Assembly (NCBI GenBank): GCA_963749705.1
Contig: CAVVNQ010000015.1
Coordinates: 258,600 to 322,599, forward strand
Length of the DNA: 64,000 nucleotides
Direction of reading: 5' to 3'
From: an uncultured Chloroflexia bacterium
GTDB taxonomy: Bacteria; Chloroflexota; Limnocylindria; Limnocylindrales; CSP1-4
The notes beneath the pieces are model-generated. The model worked only from the letters and a program-made list of their open reading frames with translations, was not told the origin of the DNA and ran no database searches. Of the stretch, positions 49,050-59,155 are shown one piece after another (within the stretch, counting starts at the first letter, position 1; the number at the start of each line of letters is the position of its first letter). The translations under genes were made by a program, and so were the position numbers.

Positions 49050-50918
49050 GTGCCGCACAATCGGGGGGTGACCCCGGAGCTCACCGCCACCCTCGCCAGC
49101 CTGCCCGACCGCCCCGGGGTGTACCTGATGAAGGACGCCCGGGGCGAGGTCCTGTACGTGGGCAAGGCACAGAGCCTGCGGCACCGGGTGCGCAGCTACT
49201 GGCAGCGCCAGGCGCCCGGTGGCGAGGCCCACCGGATCCGGCAGGCGATCGATCGGGTCGTGGACCTCGAGGTCACCGAGGTCGATTCGGTGTCCGAGGC
49301 GCTGCTGCTCGAGGCCAACCTGATCAAGCGGTTCCGGCCGCGGTTCAACGTGCGGCTCAAGGACGACAAGAGCTACCCGTACATCAAGATCACGCTCGCC
49401 GACGACTTCCCCCGCATCGAGCGCACGCGCAAGCTGCCCAACGACGGCAGCCGCTACTTCGGGCCGTACGCGTCGGCCAGCAGCGTCGACGAGGCGATGA
49501 ACCTGGTCCGGCGGCTGTTCCCGTTTCGGACGTGCACCATCGACATCCGGGAAGGCACCCGCGCCCTCCAGCGGCCCTGCCTCCTGTACCACATCAAGCG
49601 CTGCCAGGGTCCATGCATCGAGGCGATCTCGAAGGCGGCGTACCGGCGCGACGTCGCCCAGGTGGAGCTGTTCCTCGAGGGCAACGCCGACGCCCTCGTC
49701 TCCGGGCTGCGCCACGAGATGGCCTTCGCCTCGGAGCAGCAGCAGTACGAGCGCGCGGCGTCGGTTCGCGACAAGATCCGCGCGATCGAGCGGACGATGG
49801 AGTCGCAGAAGATGGCCGCCTTCGCGCGCACCGAGCTGGATCTCGTCGCCATGGCCCGGCGCGACGACCAGGCGGCCGTCCAGCTGTTCGTCGTGCGCAA
49901 CGGCAAGATGCTCGGTCGCGACGTGTTCTTCCTCGACACGCCGCATGACGTGGCTGACGACGAGGTCCTCGAGAGCTTCCTCGAGCAGTACTACGCGCGG
50001 GCGACGAGCGTCCCCCGCGAGGTGCTCGTCCCGCGCGCGCTGGCCGACACGGCGGCCCTGGAGGCATTCCTGACCGCCAAGCGGGGCTCGCTGGTCCGGC
50101 TCCGGACCCCGCAGCGTGGCGAGAAGCGGGCGCTGATGGACCTCGCCGCCCGCAACGCGGCCGAGGCGCTCGCCCGCGAAGCGGCTCGCTGGCTGGCCGA
50201 CCAGGGCAAGACGCTGGGTGCGCTGGAGGAGCTGGCCACGGCGCTCGGCCTGGCCGGCCCGCCGATGCGCATCGAGTGCTACGACATCTCCAACTTCCAG
50301 GGTCGCGAATCGGTCGGCAGCATGGTCGTGTTCGAGGAGGGCAGGCCCCGGTCCGGCGAGTACCGCCGGTTCCGGATCCGGACCGTCGAGGGCGCCAACG
50401 ACGTCGCCAGCCACCAGGAGGTGCTGCGACGCCGGTTCCGGACCGCGAAGCGAGGGGAGGAGGGGATCGAGGAGGAACGCCGGTGGGCGATGCCCGACCT
50501 GGTCATCGTCGATGGCGGTCGGGCGCAGGTGAACGCGGCCAAGGTCGTGTTCGACGAGCTCGGCCTGGCCGATCTCCCGCTCGTCGGGCTGGCCAAGGAG
50601 CGCGAGGAGCTCGTCCTGCCGGACCGACCCGATCCGGTGGTGCTCCCCGTGACCTCGCAGGCGCTGTACCTGGTCCAGCGGCTGCGCGACGAGGCGCACC
50701 GGTTCGCGATCACCTACCACCGCAACCTGCGCGACCGGCGGACCACCCGATCGGCGTTCGACGACCTGCCGGGCGTGGGTCCCAAGCGCAAGCGCGAGCT
50801 GCTCAAGGTGTTCGGATCGGCGAAGCGGGTGCGCGAGGCGCCGGTCGAGCAGATCGCCGCCGTGCCCGGGATCAGCCGCGCGCTGGCGGAGCGGATCAAG
50901 GCCCATCTGGATGCCTGA
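49050..50918 (+). CDS. uvrC: excinuclease ABC subunit C
   Basis: GIY-YIG (PGVYLMKD ... VLYVGKA ... RV-SY), UVR domain, Endonuclease-V-like region and C-terminal HhH2. Alternative leaderless GTG start at 49068 (CACAAT hexamer 6 nt upstream). Confidence 0.94.
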   Translation: MPHNRGVTPELTATLASLPDRPGVYLMKDARGEVLYVGKAQSLRHRVRSYWQRQAPGGEAHRIRQAIDRVVDLEVTEVDSVSEALLLEANLIKRFRPRFNVRLKDDKSYPYIKITLADDFPRIERTRKLPNDGSRYFGPYASASSVDEAMNLVRRLFPFRTCTIDIREGTRALQRPCLLYHIKRCQGPCIEAISKAAYRRDVAQVELFLEGNADALVSGLRHEMAFASEQQQYERAASVRDKIRAIERTMESQKMAAFARTELDLVAMARRDDQAAVQLFVVRNGKMLGRDVFFLDTPHDVADDEVLESFLEQYYARATSVPREVLVPRALADTAALEAFLTAKRGSLVRLRTPQRGEKRALMDLAARNAAEALAREAARWLADQGKTLGALEELATALGLAGPPMRIECYDISNFQGRESVGSMVVFEEGRPRSGEYRRFRIRTVEGANDVASHQEVLRRRFRTAKRGEEGIEEERRWAMPDLVIVDGGRAQVNAAKVVFDELGLADLPLVGLAKEREELVLPDRPDPVVLPVTSQALYLVQRLRDEAHRFAITYHRNLRDRRTTRSAFDDLPGVGPKRKRELLKVFGSAKRVREAPVEQIAAVPGISRALAERIKAHLDA

Positions 50919-51017
50919 CGGGACCCTCGCCGGAGGGTCGACCACCACTGTCGCGCGGTGCCGGCCGGTCGGGTTCGCTCCGCATGACTGGCCCGACCCC
51001 TGTATCATCCCGCCCCG

Positions 51018-52414
51018 ATGCGACGCGCCGGACCGTTCCTGATCCTGATCATCGGGGTGCTTGCCCTGCTGGTCGACTTTGCGCGCATTCCGATGCCCTC
51101 GCTGGGCACGCAGGCAAGCGGGACGACCTCCTACCTCGAGACGAAGCTCGGCCTGGACCTGCGCGGCGGCCTGCGGGTCGAGTACCAGGTGCAGCCCACC
51201 GAGGGCAAGACCCCGTCGCGCGACGACCTCAACATCATGCGCCAGATCATCATCAACCGGGTCGACAAATCGGGTGTCGCGGAGCCCCAGGTCGTCGTCC
51301 AGGGCTCGGACCGGATCGTGGTCGAGATGCCGGGCGTCCAGAACGCGGACGACATCCGGAACGCTGGTCGGCACGACCGGCCGGCTCGACTTCGTCCCGC
51401 TGGGCCAGACCCAGGCCGCGCAGGGCCAGAAGCTGGACCCGTCGATCATCAGCACCAAGTGCGCCTCGACGGCGGATGCGAACTGCGTGCTGTTCTCCGG
51501 TGACCAGGTCGCGAGCGCCACGATCGGCAATCGACCAGACCGGACGCCGGACGGTCGACTTCGTGCTCAAGGACGAAGGCAAGAACCTGTTCGCGGACTA
51601 CACCTCGAAGCACGTCGGCGACTACTTCGCGGTCGTGCTCGATGGCGAGGTGATCACCGCCCCGGTGATCAACGAGCCGATCCCCGGCGGCCAGGTCCAG
51701 ATCAGCCAGGGTGGGATCGGCGGCTACCCGCTGGCCGAGGCCCAGAACCTGGTCACCATCCTCCAGTTCGGCCAGCTGCCGTTCCAGCTCAAGGAGCTCG
51801 CCAACACGACGGTCAGCCCCACGCTGGGCGAGGCCTTCCTCCACCAGAGCCTGCTTGCCGGCGTGATCGCGGTCCTGATGGTCGTGTTCTTCATGGTCGT
51901 CCACTACCGGCTGCCGGGCGTCATCGCCAGCGGCGCCCTGATGTACTACGCGCTCGTCGTGTATGCGCTGTTCCGCCTCGTCCCGGTCACCCTCACCCTT
52001 GCCGGCATCGCGGGCTTCGTGCTCTCGGTGGGCATGGCGGTCGACGCCAACATCCTGATCTTCGAACGGACCAAGGAGGAGCTGCGCGTGGGCAAGAGCC
52101 TGCCCGCCGCGATCGAGGCCGGCTTCAACCGGGCCTGGAACTCGATCCTCGACTCCAACGTGTCGAGCCTGATCACGGCGACCATCCTGTTCCTGTTCGG
52201 GTCGTCCACGATCCGCGGCTTCGGCCTGGTCCTGATCATCGGCGTCCTGGTCTCGATGTTCACCGCGATCACCGTCACCCGTACCGTCCTGCGGATCATC
52301 GTGGCCCAGCCGTGGGCGCGGAAGGCCGGCCTGTACGGGGTCACCGACGCCGAGTTCCTGGCTCGCCCGACCACCCGACGGTCGCTTCGAGGAGAGGCGC
52401 GCGGGCGTGTTTGA
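51018..52414 (+). pseudogene. secD: protein translocase subunit SecD, interrupted by two +1 frame breaks (about 51360-51364 and about 51526-51530)
   Basis: Three consecutive frames each carry a contiguous SecD segment: MRRAGPFLILI ... VEMPGVQNADDIRN / LVGTTGRLDFVPLG ... VASATIG / IDQTGRRTVDFVLKDEG ... TM bundle to the stop at 52414. Confidence 0.88.
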
Positions 52415-53652
52415 CATCATCGGGAAGCGCAACTGGTTCTTCGCGCTGTCCCTGGCCGTCACGATCCCCGGCCTGATCTTCATCCTCCTCGGCCCCGTGA
52501 CCGGGGGCAAGGTCGGCCTCCAGTTCGCGATCGACTTCACCGGTGGCACCGTGTGGTCGATCCGGTTCGAGGATCCATCGGTCACGCCGCAGCAGGTCAA
52601 GGACGTGATCGGCGCCGAGGGCCTCGATGCATCCGTCACCCAGAGCGGCGACGGGTTCATGGAGATCCGCACCGAGGAGGTCGGCCTCCTGCCGCCGCCG
52701 CCGTCGCCGACCCCGATCCCCAGCCCGTCCAGCATCGGCCAGTGCGGCTGCATCGGCCTCGGCAGGCGCGTCCGCCGCCGCCTCGGCATCTGCCGCGGCG
52801 CCCAGCGCCGCCGCGTCCGGCTCGCCGGCGGCCTCGTCGTCATCGGACGCCTCGCCGTCGGCATCGCCCAGCCCCAGCCCGTCCGCATCCCCCGAGCCGA
52901 GTGCGTCGGCCTCGCCCGGGGCCAGCGCCTCTCCCGGCGCCAGCGCATCGCCCACCGCCGCGCCGGTCCTCGGCGACACCAACCTGCCCACCAGCGGCCG
53001 GCTGGGCGAGATCCGGGTCGCGCTCGAGAAGCAGCTCGGGCCGATCGCGGACCAGAAGTCGCTGTCCACCGTGGGCGCCGTCGTCTCGAGCGACCTGATC
53101 ACCCAGGCGCTGGTCCTGATCCTGGTCGGCTCGATCGGGATCCTGCTGTGGATCACCTATCGCTTCCGCGACGTCAAGATGGGCGCCACGGCGCTGGTCG
53201 CGCTGATCCACGACGTGATCGTGGTCGTCGGCATGTTCGCGATCCTGGGGACGTTCATCGGCCTCCAGATCGACAGCCTGTTCGTGACCGCGATGCTGAC
53301 GGTCATCGGGTTCTCGGTCCACGACACGATCGTGGTGTTCGACCGTGTCCGCGAGAACCGTGCCCGACACGCCGGGGAGCCGTTCGACCGGATCGTCAAC
53401 CACTCGGTGCTCCAGACCTTCGGCCGGTCGATCACCACCAGCCTGACCGTGGTCCTCACGCTGCTTGCGCTGCTGCTGTTCGCGGGCGAGGCGATCGGCA
53501 CGTTCGTGCTGGCGCTGCTGCTGGGCATCATCTCGGGCACCTACTCCTCGATCTTCAACGCGAGCCCGCTCCTCGTCGTGTGGCACGGCTGGGAGGACCG
53601 GAAGCGGGCCCGCGAGCACGCGGCCCGCACCGGCCGCCGCGCGACCACGTGA
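52407..53652 (+). pseudogene. secF: protein translocase subunit SecF, interrupted by a +1 frame break (about 52725-52735) inside a Pro/Ser/Ala-rich insertion
   Basis: N-terminus FDIIGKRNWFFALSLAV ... GLQFAIDFTGGT in frame 0. After the low-complexity linker, the SecF TM core (ITYRFRDVKMGATALVALIHDV ... SSIFNASPLLV) is in frame +1. Confidence 0.85.
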
Positions 53653-53813
53653 TCGCGGTCCGGCCCGGACCGGACCCCGTGCCCTCGTCGTCCCCGGACG
53701 ATCCCTGCCCCTGTCGCCCCCGATGAGCGCCTGCGCCCGCGTCGCGCCGTACCCGGCCCCGGCCCGAGATGGGCGCAAGGCTCGGTTTAGCCGGGCGTGG
53801 CATGCTCTCGCCG

Positions 53814-55694
53814 ATGACTGAGCCCCGCCACCGCTGGGTGTTCCCGGACCCGCTTCGCGTGACCCCCGAGTTCCGGGCCGCAGCGCATGAGCAAGGGATC
53901 GGGATCGTGGCCGCCACCGTCCTCGCACGCCGCGGTATCGGGGATCCGGGGGCGCTCGCCGCCTTCCTCGGACCCGCCGCGGCCGGCCTCCACGATCCGC
54001 ACCTGCTGCCGGACGCGGCCCGCCTCGTCGACCGGGTGCGGCTCGCGCGTGAGCGCCGCGAGAAGGTCATGGTGTTCGGCGACTTCGACGCCGATGGCCT
54101 GACCGGCCTGGCGCAGCTCGTCCTTGCGCTGCGCCGGCTGGGCGTCGACACGCTGCCCTACGTGCCGTCCCGGCTCGAGGAGGGCCACGGGCTGTCGATG
54201 GCCGCGGTGGAGGCGGCCACCGCCGCCGGGATCACCCTGATCGTGACGGTCGACACGGGCTCCACGAGCGTCGCCGAGGTCGCCGCCGCGGCGAGCCAGG
54301 GCATCGATGTCGCCATCACGGACCACCACCGGCTGCCCGAGGTGCTGCCGGCGGCCGTCGCGCTCGTCAACCCCCACCGCGCCGATTCGGTCTATCCGGA
54401 TCCGAGGTTGTCGGGCAGCGGCGTGGCGTTCACGGTCGCGCGGCTCCTGTTCGCCGAGCTCCTCGGGTCCGATGCAGAGGCACTCGAGCTCGCGGACCTC
54501 GCGACCATCGGCACGGTGTCCGACGTCGTCCCGATCCTGGGTGAGAACCGCTCGATCGCCCGGCTCGGGCTGGCGCTGATGCGCACGGCCGCGCGGCCCG
54601 GGATCGCGGCGCTCCTCGCCCGGGCGCATGTCGCGCCCGACACCGTCGACCTCGAGACCGTCGGGTTCGTCCTCGCACCCCGGCTCAACGCGGCCGGTCG
54701 GGTCGGGGAGGCGCTCGACGCCGCGAACCTGCTGCTGGCGCAGACGCCGGATGCCGCCGAATCGCTGGCCACCACCCTGGAGACCGCGAACACCACGCGC
54801 CGAGACCTCATGCGCACGGCGATCGCCGAGGCACGTGCGGCGTTCGGGCTGCCCGATCCGGGCCAGGCGCCCGGCCAGCAGCCGCTGTTCGAGGTGGTGC
54901 CTGAGGACGAGGCGGCCATCGTGATCGGCGGCGCCGGCGATGCGCCGGCCATGCTCGTGCGCGGGCCCTGGCCGGTCGGCATCCTTGGCCTCGTCGCGGG
55001 CCGGCTCGCGGACGAGACCGGGCGCGCGGCGGTGGTCGCGACCCAGCTCGGGCCGGTGCTCCGCGCCTCGTGTCGCAGCGACGGGCGGCTCGATCTCGCG
55101 GCCACGCTCACCGCGTGTGACGACCTGTTCGTGCGCCACGGCGGTCACGCGGCGGCCGCGGGGTTCGAGCTCCCGGTGGAGCGCTGGGACGAGTTCGTCG
55201 AGCGCTTCCTCGCGCTTGCGGCGGCGTCGGCCCCCGATGATCCGCGGACGATCCTCGCCGTGGACCTCGCGCTCCCCGCCGCCTACGTCGACTACGGGCT
55301 GTTCCGTGATCTCGCGCGCCTCGGGCCGTGCGGGGCGGGAAATCCGGAGCCGCTGGTGGCGGTGCTCGGCCTGACGGTGCAGCGGGTCCGGGCCGCGAAC
55401 GGCGGCCACACGCAGCTGGTCCTTCGCCGCGAGCGAGACGTGCTCGACGGCATCGCCTTCGGACGACCGGACCTCGCGACGACGCTCAGCGAGGGAGACC
55501 GCGTGGACGTGGTCGCACGGCTGGCGAGCCGGACGTTCGGCGGGCTCGAGACGCTCCAGCTCGAGGTCCGTGACGTGTCCTTGTCGGGTGCCCATCCGCG
55601 TGCCGCCGCCGTGCTGGAGCGGTCGGCCGGGCGTCTCGACGGGGTCGCGGTCGGTCCGGGCCACCTCGCCCCCGTCGCGGGCGGTCGAACGTGA
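53814..55694 (+). CDS. recJ: single-stranded-DNA-specific exonuclease RecJ
   Basis: DHH motifs (VFGDFDADGLTG, TVDTG, ITDHH) and DHHA1 (GGHAAAAG). Alternative in-frame ATG starts at 53769 and 53802. Confidence 0.9.
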   Translation: MTEPRHRWVFPDPLRVTPEFRAAAHEQGIGIVAATVLARRGIGDPGALAAFLGPAAAGLHDPHLLPDAARLVDRVRLARERREKVMVFGDFDADGLTGLAQLVLALRRLGVDTLPYVPSRLEEGHGLSMAAVEAATAAGITLIVTVDTGSTSVAEVAAAASQGIDVAITDHHRLPEVLPAAVALVNPHRADSVYPDPRLSGSGVAFTVARLLFAELLGSDAEALELADLATIGTVSDVVPILGENRSIARLGLALMRTAARPGIAALLARAHVAPDTVDLETVGFVLAPRLNAAGRVGEALDAANLLLAQTPDAAESLATTLETANTTRRDLMRTAIAEARAAFGLPDPGQAPGQQPLFEVVPEDEAAIVIGGAGDAPAMLVRGPWPVGILGLVAGRLADETGRAAVVATQLGPVLRASCRSDGRLDLAATLTACDDLFVRHGGHAAAAGFELPVERWDEFVERFLALAAASAPDDPRTILAVDLALPAAYVDYGLFRDLARLGPCGAGNPEPLVAVLGLTVQRVRAANGGHTQLVLRRERDVLDGIAFGRPDLATTLSEGDRVDVVARLASRTFGGLETLQLEVRDVSLSGAHPRAAAVLERSAGRLDGVAVGPGHLAPVAGGRT

Positions 55695-56956
55695 GCGGTC
55701 CCGGACCCGGGGCGCCGCGCCGGACGCCCCGCCTGCGCAGCCCGGGCGATCCGTATGGCCTGCTGCCCGCCGGCGCGCCCATCGCCGCCGTGCTCTCGAT
55801 CGTCGGCCTGCTGGTCATCGCGTACGCGACGTTTGCGCTGGCCAGCGGCAAGCTGCCGGTCGGCGGCAATGCCGGCGGCCCGAACGCCTCGGGGGACAAC
55901 GGCGGCGTCACCAAGACCGCGACACCGACCAACGTGGTCATCGTGCCCGACGATCCGCTCGCCGACGTGCCCGGCACCATCGCCTACGCCAAGGCAGGGA
56001 ACATCTGGCTCCAGAGCGGCCGGAGCACGCGCCAGCTCACGACCGGCGGCCACGACTCGATGCCCTCGTTCTCCGCCGACGGGTCGTCGGTCTACTTCGT
56101 CCGCTCGCGGCGGGAGGCCGGGTACTGGACCGTGTCCGGCAAGGGCACCCATTACGCGCTGGACGTCCCGTCGATCATGCAGGTCGCCGTGACGGGCGGC
56201 GACCCGACCCTGATCTTCGACGGGCTCGTCGATCCGTCCGGCCGCCTCAAGTGGGCAGGCTGGATCCGTGAGCCCGTGGTGTCGCCGGACGGCAAGACGA
56301 TCGCCATGGTGACCGACCTTCCCGACCCCACGCGCAGCGACGTCGTGCTCAAGCTGCTCAACCTCAAGACCGGGAAGATCACCAGCCCCGGCCTTGCCCA
56401 GACCGCCCCGCTTGGTCACCAGGATCCCGCGTGGCGCCCCGACGGGGGCCGTCTCCTGTACGTGCGCAACGACCGCGACGGCGCCAAGGGGACGCCCCGG
56501 ATCTACAGCTACAACCCGGCCACGAAGAAGGCCGCGCCGATGAGCGCGCCCGGCTACCTGCATCCGTCGTGGTCTCCGGACGGGCGCTACGTGGCCGCGA
56601 CCAGGACCAGCACGCTGGGGACCGACGTCGTCATCCTCGACGCCGCAACCGGTGCCGAGCTGCTCCGCCTGACCTCGGACGGGTCCTCGTGGGCGCCCAC
56701 CTGGTCGCCGCGGGGCGATGCGATCGCGTACCTCCACGTCGATGGCCAGGTCGTGGACCTCCGGATGATCCAGCTCGAGGGGACCGGCCCCACGTGGACC
56801 GCCAAGGCGCCGCTCGACCTGACGACCAGCGCGGGGCTGGACGGGATCTCGCGTCCGGACTGGTTCATCCCCGCCGACCAGCTGCCCGCGACCCCGGCGC
56901 CGGCGACCGGATCCCCGGCATCCTCGCCCGGCGCGTCCGGGTCGGCGGTCCCGTGA
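55691..56956 (+). CDS. membrane-anchored TolB-like WD40/PD40 beta-propeller protein
   Basis: N-terminal TM helix, then repeated PD40 units (SFSADGSSVYF, VVSPDGKTIAMV, AWRPDGGRLLYV, SWSPDGRYVAAT, TWSPRGDAIAYL). Confidence 0.8.
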   Translation: MSGPGPGAPRRTPRLRSPGDPYGLLPAGAPIAAVLSIVGLLVIAYATFALASGKLPVGGNAGGPNASGDNGGVTKTATPTNVVIVPDDPLADVPGTIAYAKAGNIWLQSGRSTRQLTTGGHDSMPSFSADGSSVYFVRSRREAGYWTVSGKGTHYALDVPSIMQVAVTGGDPTLIFDGLVDPSGRLKWAGWIREPVVSPDGKTIAMVTDLPDPTRSDVVLKLLNLKTGKITSPGLAQTAPLGHQDPAWRPDGGRLLYVRNDRDGAKGTPRIYSYNPATKKAAPMSAPGYLHPSWSPDGRYVAATRTSTLGTDVVILDAATGAELLRLTSDGSSWAPTWSPRGDAIAYLHVDGQVVDLRMIQLEGTGPTWTAKAPLDLTTSAGLDGISRPDWFIPADQLPATPAPATGSPASSPGASGSAVP

Positions 56957-57831
56957 CCCCGTCCTACCTCGAGCGGCTTGCCGCCCGCAGCGCCGCCACG
57001 GGCACCGTCCTGTGCGTGGGCGTGGACCCGGACCCGGCCGCCCTCCCGGACGGCTTCCCGGTCACGCTGGCGGGCATGGAGCGGTTTGCCCGCCTGATCA
57101 TCGAGGCCTCGCTGCCGGTGGCCGCTGCGTTCAAGGCCAACCTCGCGTTCTTCGAGGCGCACGGATCCGCCGGCCTGGCCGCCCTCGAGCGTCTTCGGGC
57201 CCTGGTGCCCACGGACGTGCCGTTCATCGCGGACGCGAAGCGGGGCGACATCCGGTCGACGGCGGAGCGCCACGCGCTGGCGTTGTTCGACGTCCTCGGC
57301 GCGGACGCGGTCACCGTGAGCCCATACCTCGGCGAGGAGGCGATCGCCCCGTTGCTGGTACGAGCGGACCGCTACGCGTACGTGCTGTGCCGCACCTCCA
57401 ACCCGGGTGCGGCCGAGATCCAGGCCCTCGACGTCGCCGTGGACGCGTCGTCCGGCGCGCCGGCCGAGCCGCTGTGGGCGCGCGTCGCCCGCCTGGCGAG
57501 TGGCTGGGGCCCGGGCGGCACGGTCGGGCTCGTGGTCGGGGCCACCGCTCCCGCGGAGCTGGCCGCCGTCCGCGGGCTTGCGCCGGGGCTCGGGTTCCTC
57601 GTGCCGGGCGTCGGAGCGCAGGGTGGCGAGATCGGGCCGGTGCTCGCCTCGGGGCGCGCGGTCGCGAAGCCCGCCGGTGGCCGGCCAGGTGGCGGCCTCC
57701 TGGTCAACGTCTCGCGAGGCATCGCGCGCGCGGCCGCGGGACCCCCACCCGAGGGCGCGCCGGCGGACGCCGGGGAGCGCCTCCGCGTCGCTGCCGCAGG
57801 CTGGGCCGAGCGGCTCGCTGTGCTACCCTGA
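56953..57831 (+). CDS. pyrF: orotidine 5'-phosphate decarboxylase (type 2)
   Basis: LCVGVDPDP, FKANLAFFE, IADAKRGDI, VSPYLG, VPGVGAQGG motifs. GTG start overlaps the upstream stop (GTGA). Confidence 0.87.
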   Translation: MTPSYLERLAARSAATGTVLCVGVDPDPAALPDGFPVTLAGMERFARLIIEASLPVAAAFKANLAFFEAHGSAGLAALERLRALVPTDVPFIADAKRGDIRSTAERHALALFDVLGADAVTVSPYLGEEAIAPLLVRADRYAYVLCRTSNPGAAEIQALDVAVDASSGAPAEPLWARVARLASGWGPGGTVGLVVGATAPAELAAVRGLAPGLGFLVPGVGAQGGEIGPVLASGRAVAKPAGGRPGGGLLVNVSRGIARAAAGPPPEGAPADAGERLRVAAAGWAERLAVLP

Positions 57832-57886
57832 CCGCCCTCGGGCGTGCCCACAGGAGGTGCGCCCCACCCACGAGGTCGACTCTCGA

Positions 57887-58304
57887 GATGCCGTTCAACA
57901 TCGGACCCGCCGAGCTCATCATCGTCCTGGTCATTGCGCTCATCGTCGTGGGGCCGGGCAAGCTTCCCGAGGTCGGTTCCGCGCTCGGCAAGAGCATCCG
58001 CGAGTTCCGCCGGGCAGCCGCCGACGTCAAGGAGACGACGAGCATGGAGGCCGCACCGGCAGCGCCCGCCGCCCCGGCCGCGACCGCCGCCCCGGCCCCC
58101 GCCCCGGCTGCGACCGCTGCGGCTCCCGCCCAGGCTGCGGCTCCCGCCCAGGCTGCCGCTCCGGCGCCCGCCGCCCCGGCTCAGGCCGCACCCGCGACGC
58201 CCGTTCCGGCCGCCGATCCCGCGATCCCGACCGCGCCACCCAGCGCGAGCGAGCCGGTCGCCGTCGCAGCCGCAGCTGACGCGGAAGAGCAGACGTCGGC
58301 CTAG
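57887..58304 (+). CDS. tatA: twin-arginine translocase TatA/E family protein with long Ala/Pro-rich tail
   Basis: MPFNIGPAELIIVLVIALIVVGPGKLPEVGSALGKSIREFR is the canonical TatA TM plus amphipathic helix. Confidence 0.88.
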
Positions 58305-58334
58305 ACCCGCCGGGGCCAGTCAGCAGACCCACCG

Positions 58335-59137
58335 ATGGCCGATGCCGACACCGTCCGCGATGCCGGGATACCGGCGCGCCTGACGCCGGCACCCGATCCC
58401 GCGCCGCCCTCGGGATCGCCCGGCGGGGGATCGCCGCCGGCGACCGGGGAGATGTCGCTCGTCGACCACCTCGTCGAGCTTCGCGATCGCCTCATCCGGA
58501 TGGTGCTCGCCGTCGCGGCCGGCTCGGTGGTCGGGTTCCTGCTCAGCGGATCAGATCATCGGCGTCCTGGTCGCCCCGCTGCCCGAGAAGGAGCTCCAGT
58601 TCACCGGCCTGGGCGACGCGTTCGTGATCGACGGTCAAGGTCGCGATCGTGTTCGGCGTGATCGTCGCGATGCCCGTGATCCTGTACCAGGTGTGGTCGT
58701 TCGTCGCGCCCGGCCTGACCGCCGCCGAGCGCCGGATCGTCAAGCCCTGGATCCCGCTGGCACTGATCTTCTTCGCCATCGGTGTCGGCATCGCCTACGT
58801 GATCCTGCCGTTCGCGACGGCCTTCCTGCTGGGCTTCTCCAGCGACTACCTGCACCCGCTGATCACGGCCGGTCCGTACTTCGACTTCGTGACCACGATG
58901 TTCCTCGCGTTCGGCCTGATCATGGAGTTCCCGATCCTGCTCTACGGCCTGTCGCGGGTCGGGATCGTCACCTCGCAACGGCTGGTCGGGCTGCGGCGGA
59001 TGGCCATCCTCGGCATCTCGATCTTCGCCGCGGCCATCACGCCGGGCGGCGACCTGGTCAGCCCGTTCGTGCTGGGCATTACGATGTACCTGCTGTTCGA
59101 GGGCACGATCATCGCGATCCGACGCAGCGGGAAGTAG
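58335..59137 (+). pseudogene. tatC: twin-arginine translocase subunit TatC, interrupted by two +1 frame breaks (about 58545-58549 and about 58630-58634)
   Basis: MSLVDHLVELRDRLI ... GFLLS (frame 0), DQIIGVLVAPLPEKELQFTGLGDAFVI (frame +1), VKVAIVFGVIVAMPVILYQVWSFVAPGL ... to the stop at 59137 (frame +2). An alternative start is the ATG at 58452. Confidence 0.88.
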
Positions 59138-59155
59138 GGCGGAGGCTGGTCGCAC

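Noticed and set aside
52740-52990. Apparent sequence repeats in secF (and in the tatA tail at 58050-58260) considered as repeat elements.
   Set aside because: These are in-frame Ala/Ser/Pro low-complexity coding sequence (gcc/tcg/ccc codon runs), not discrete DNA repeats.
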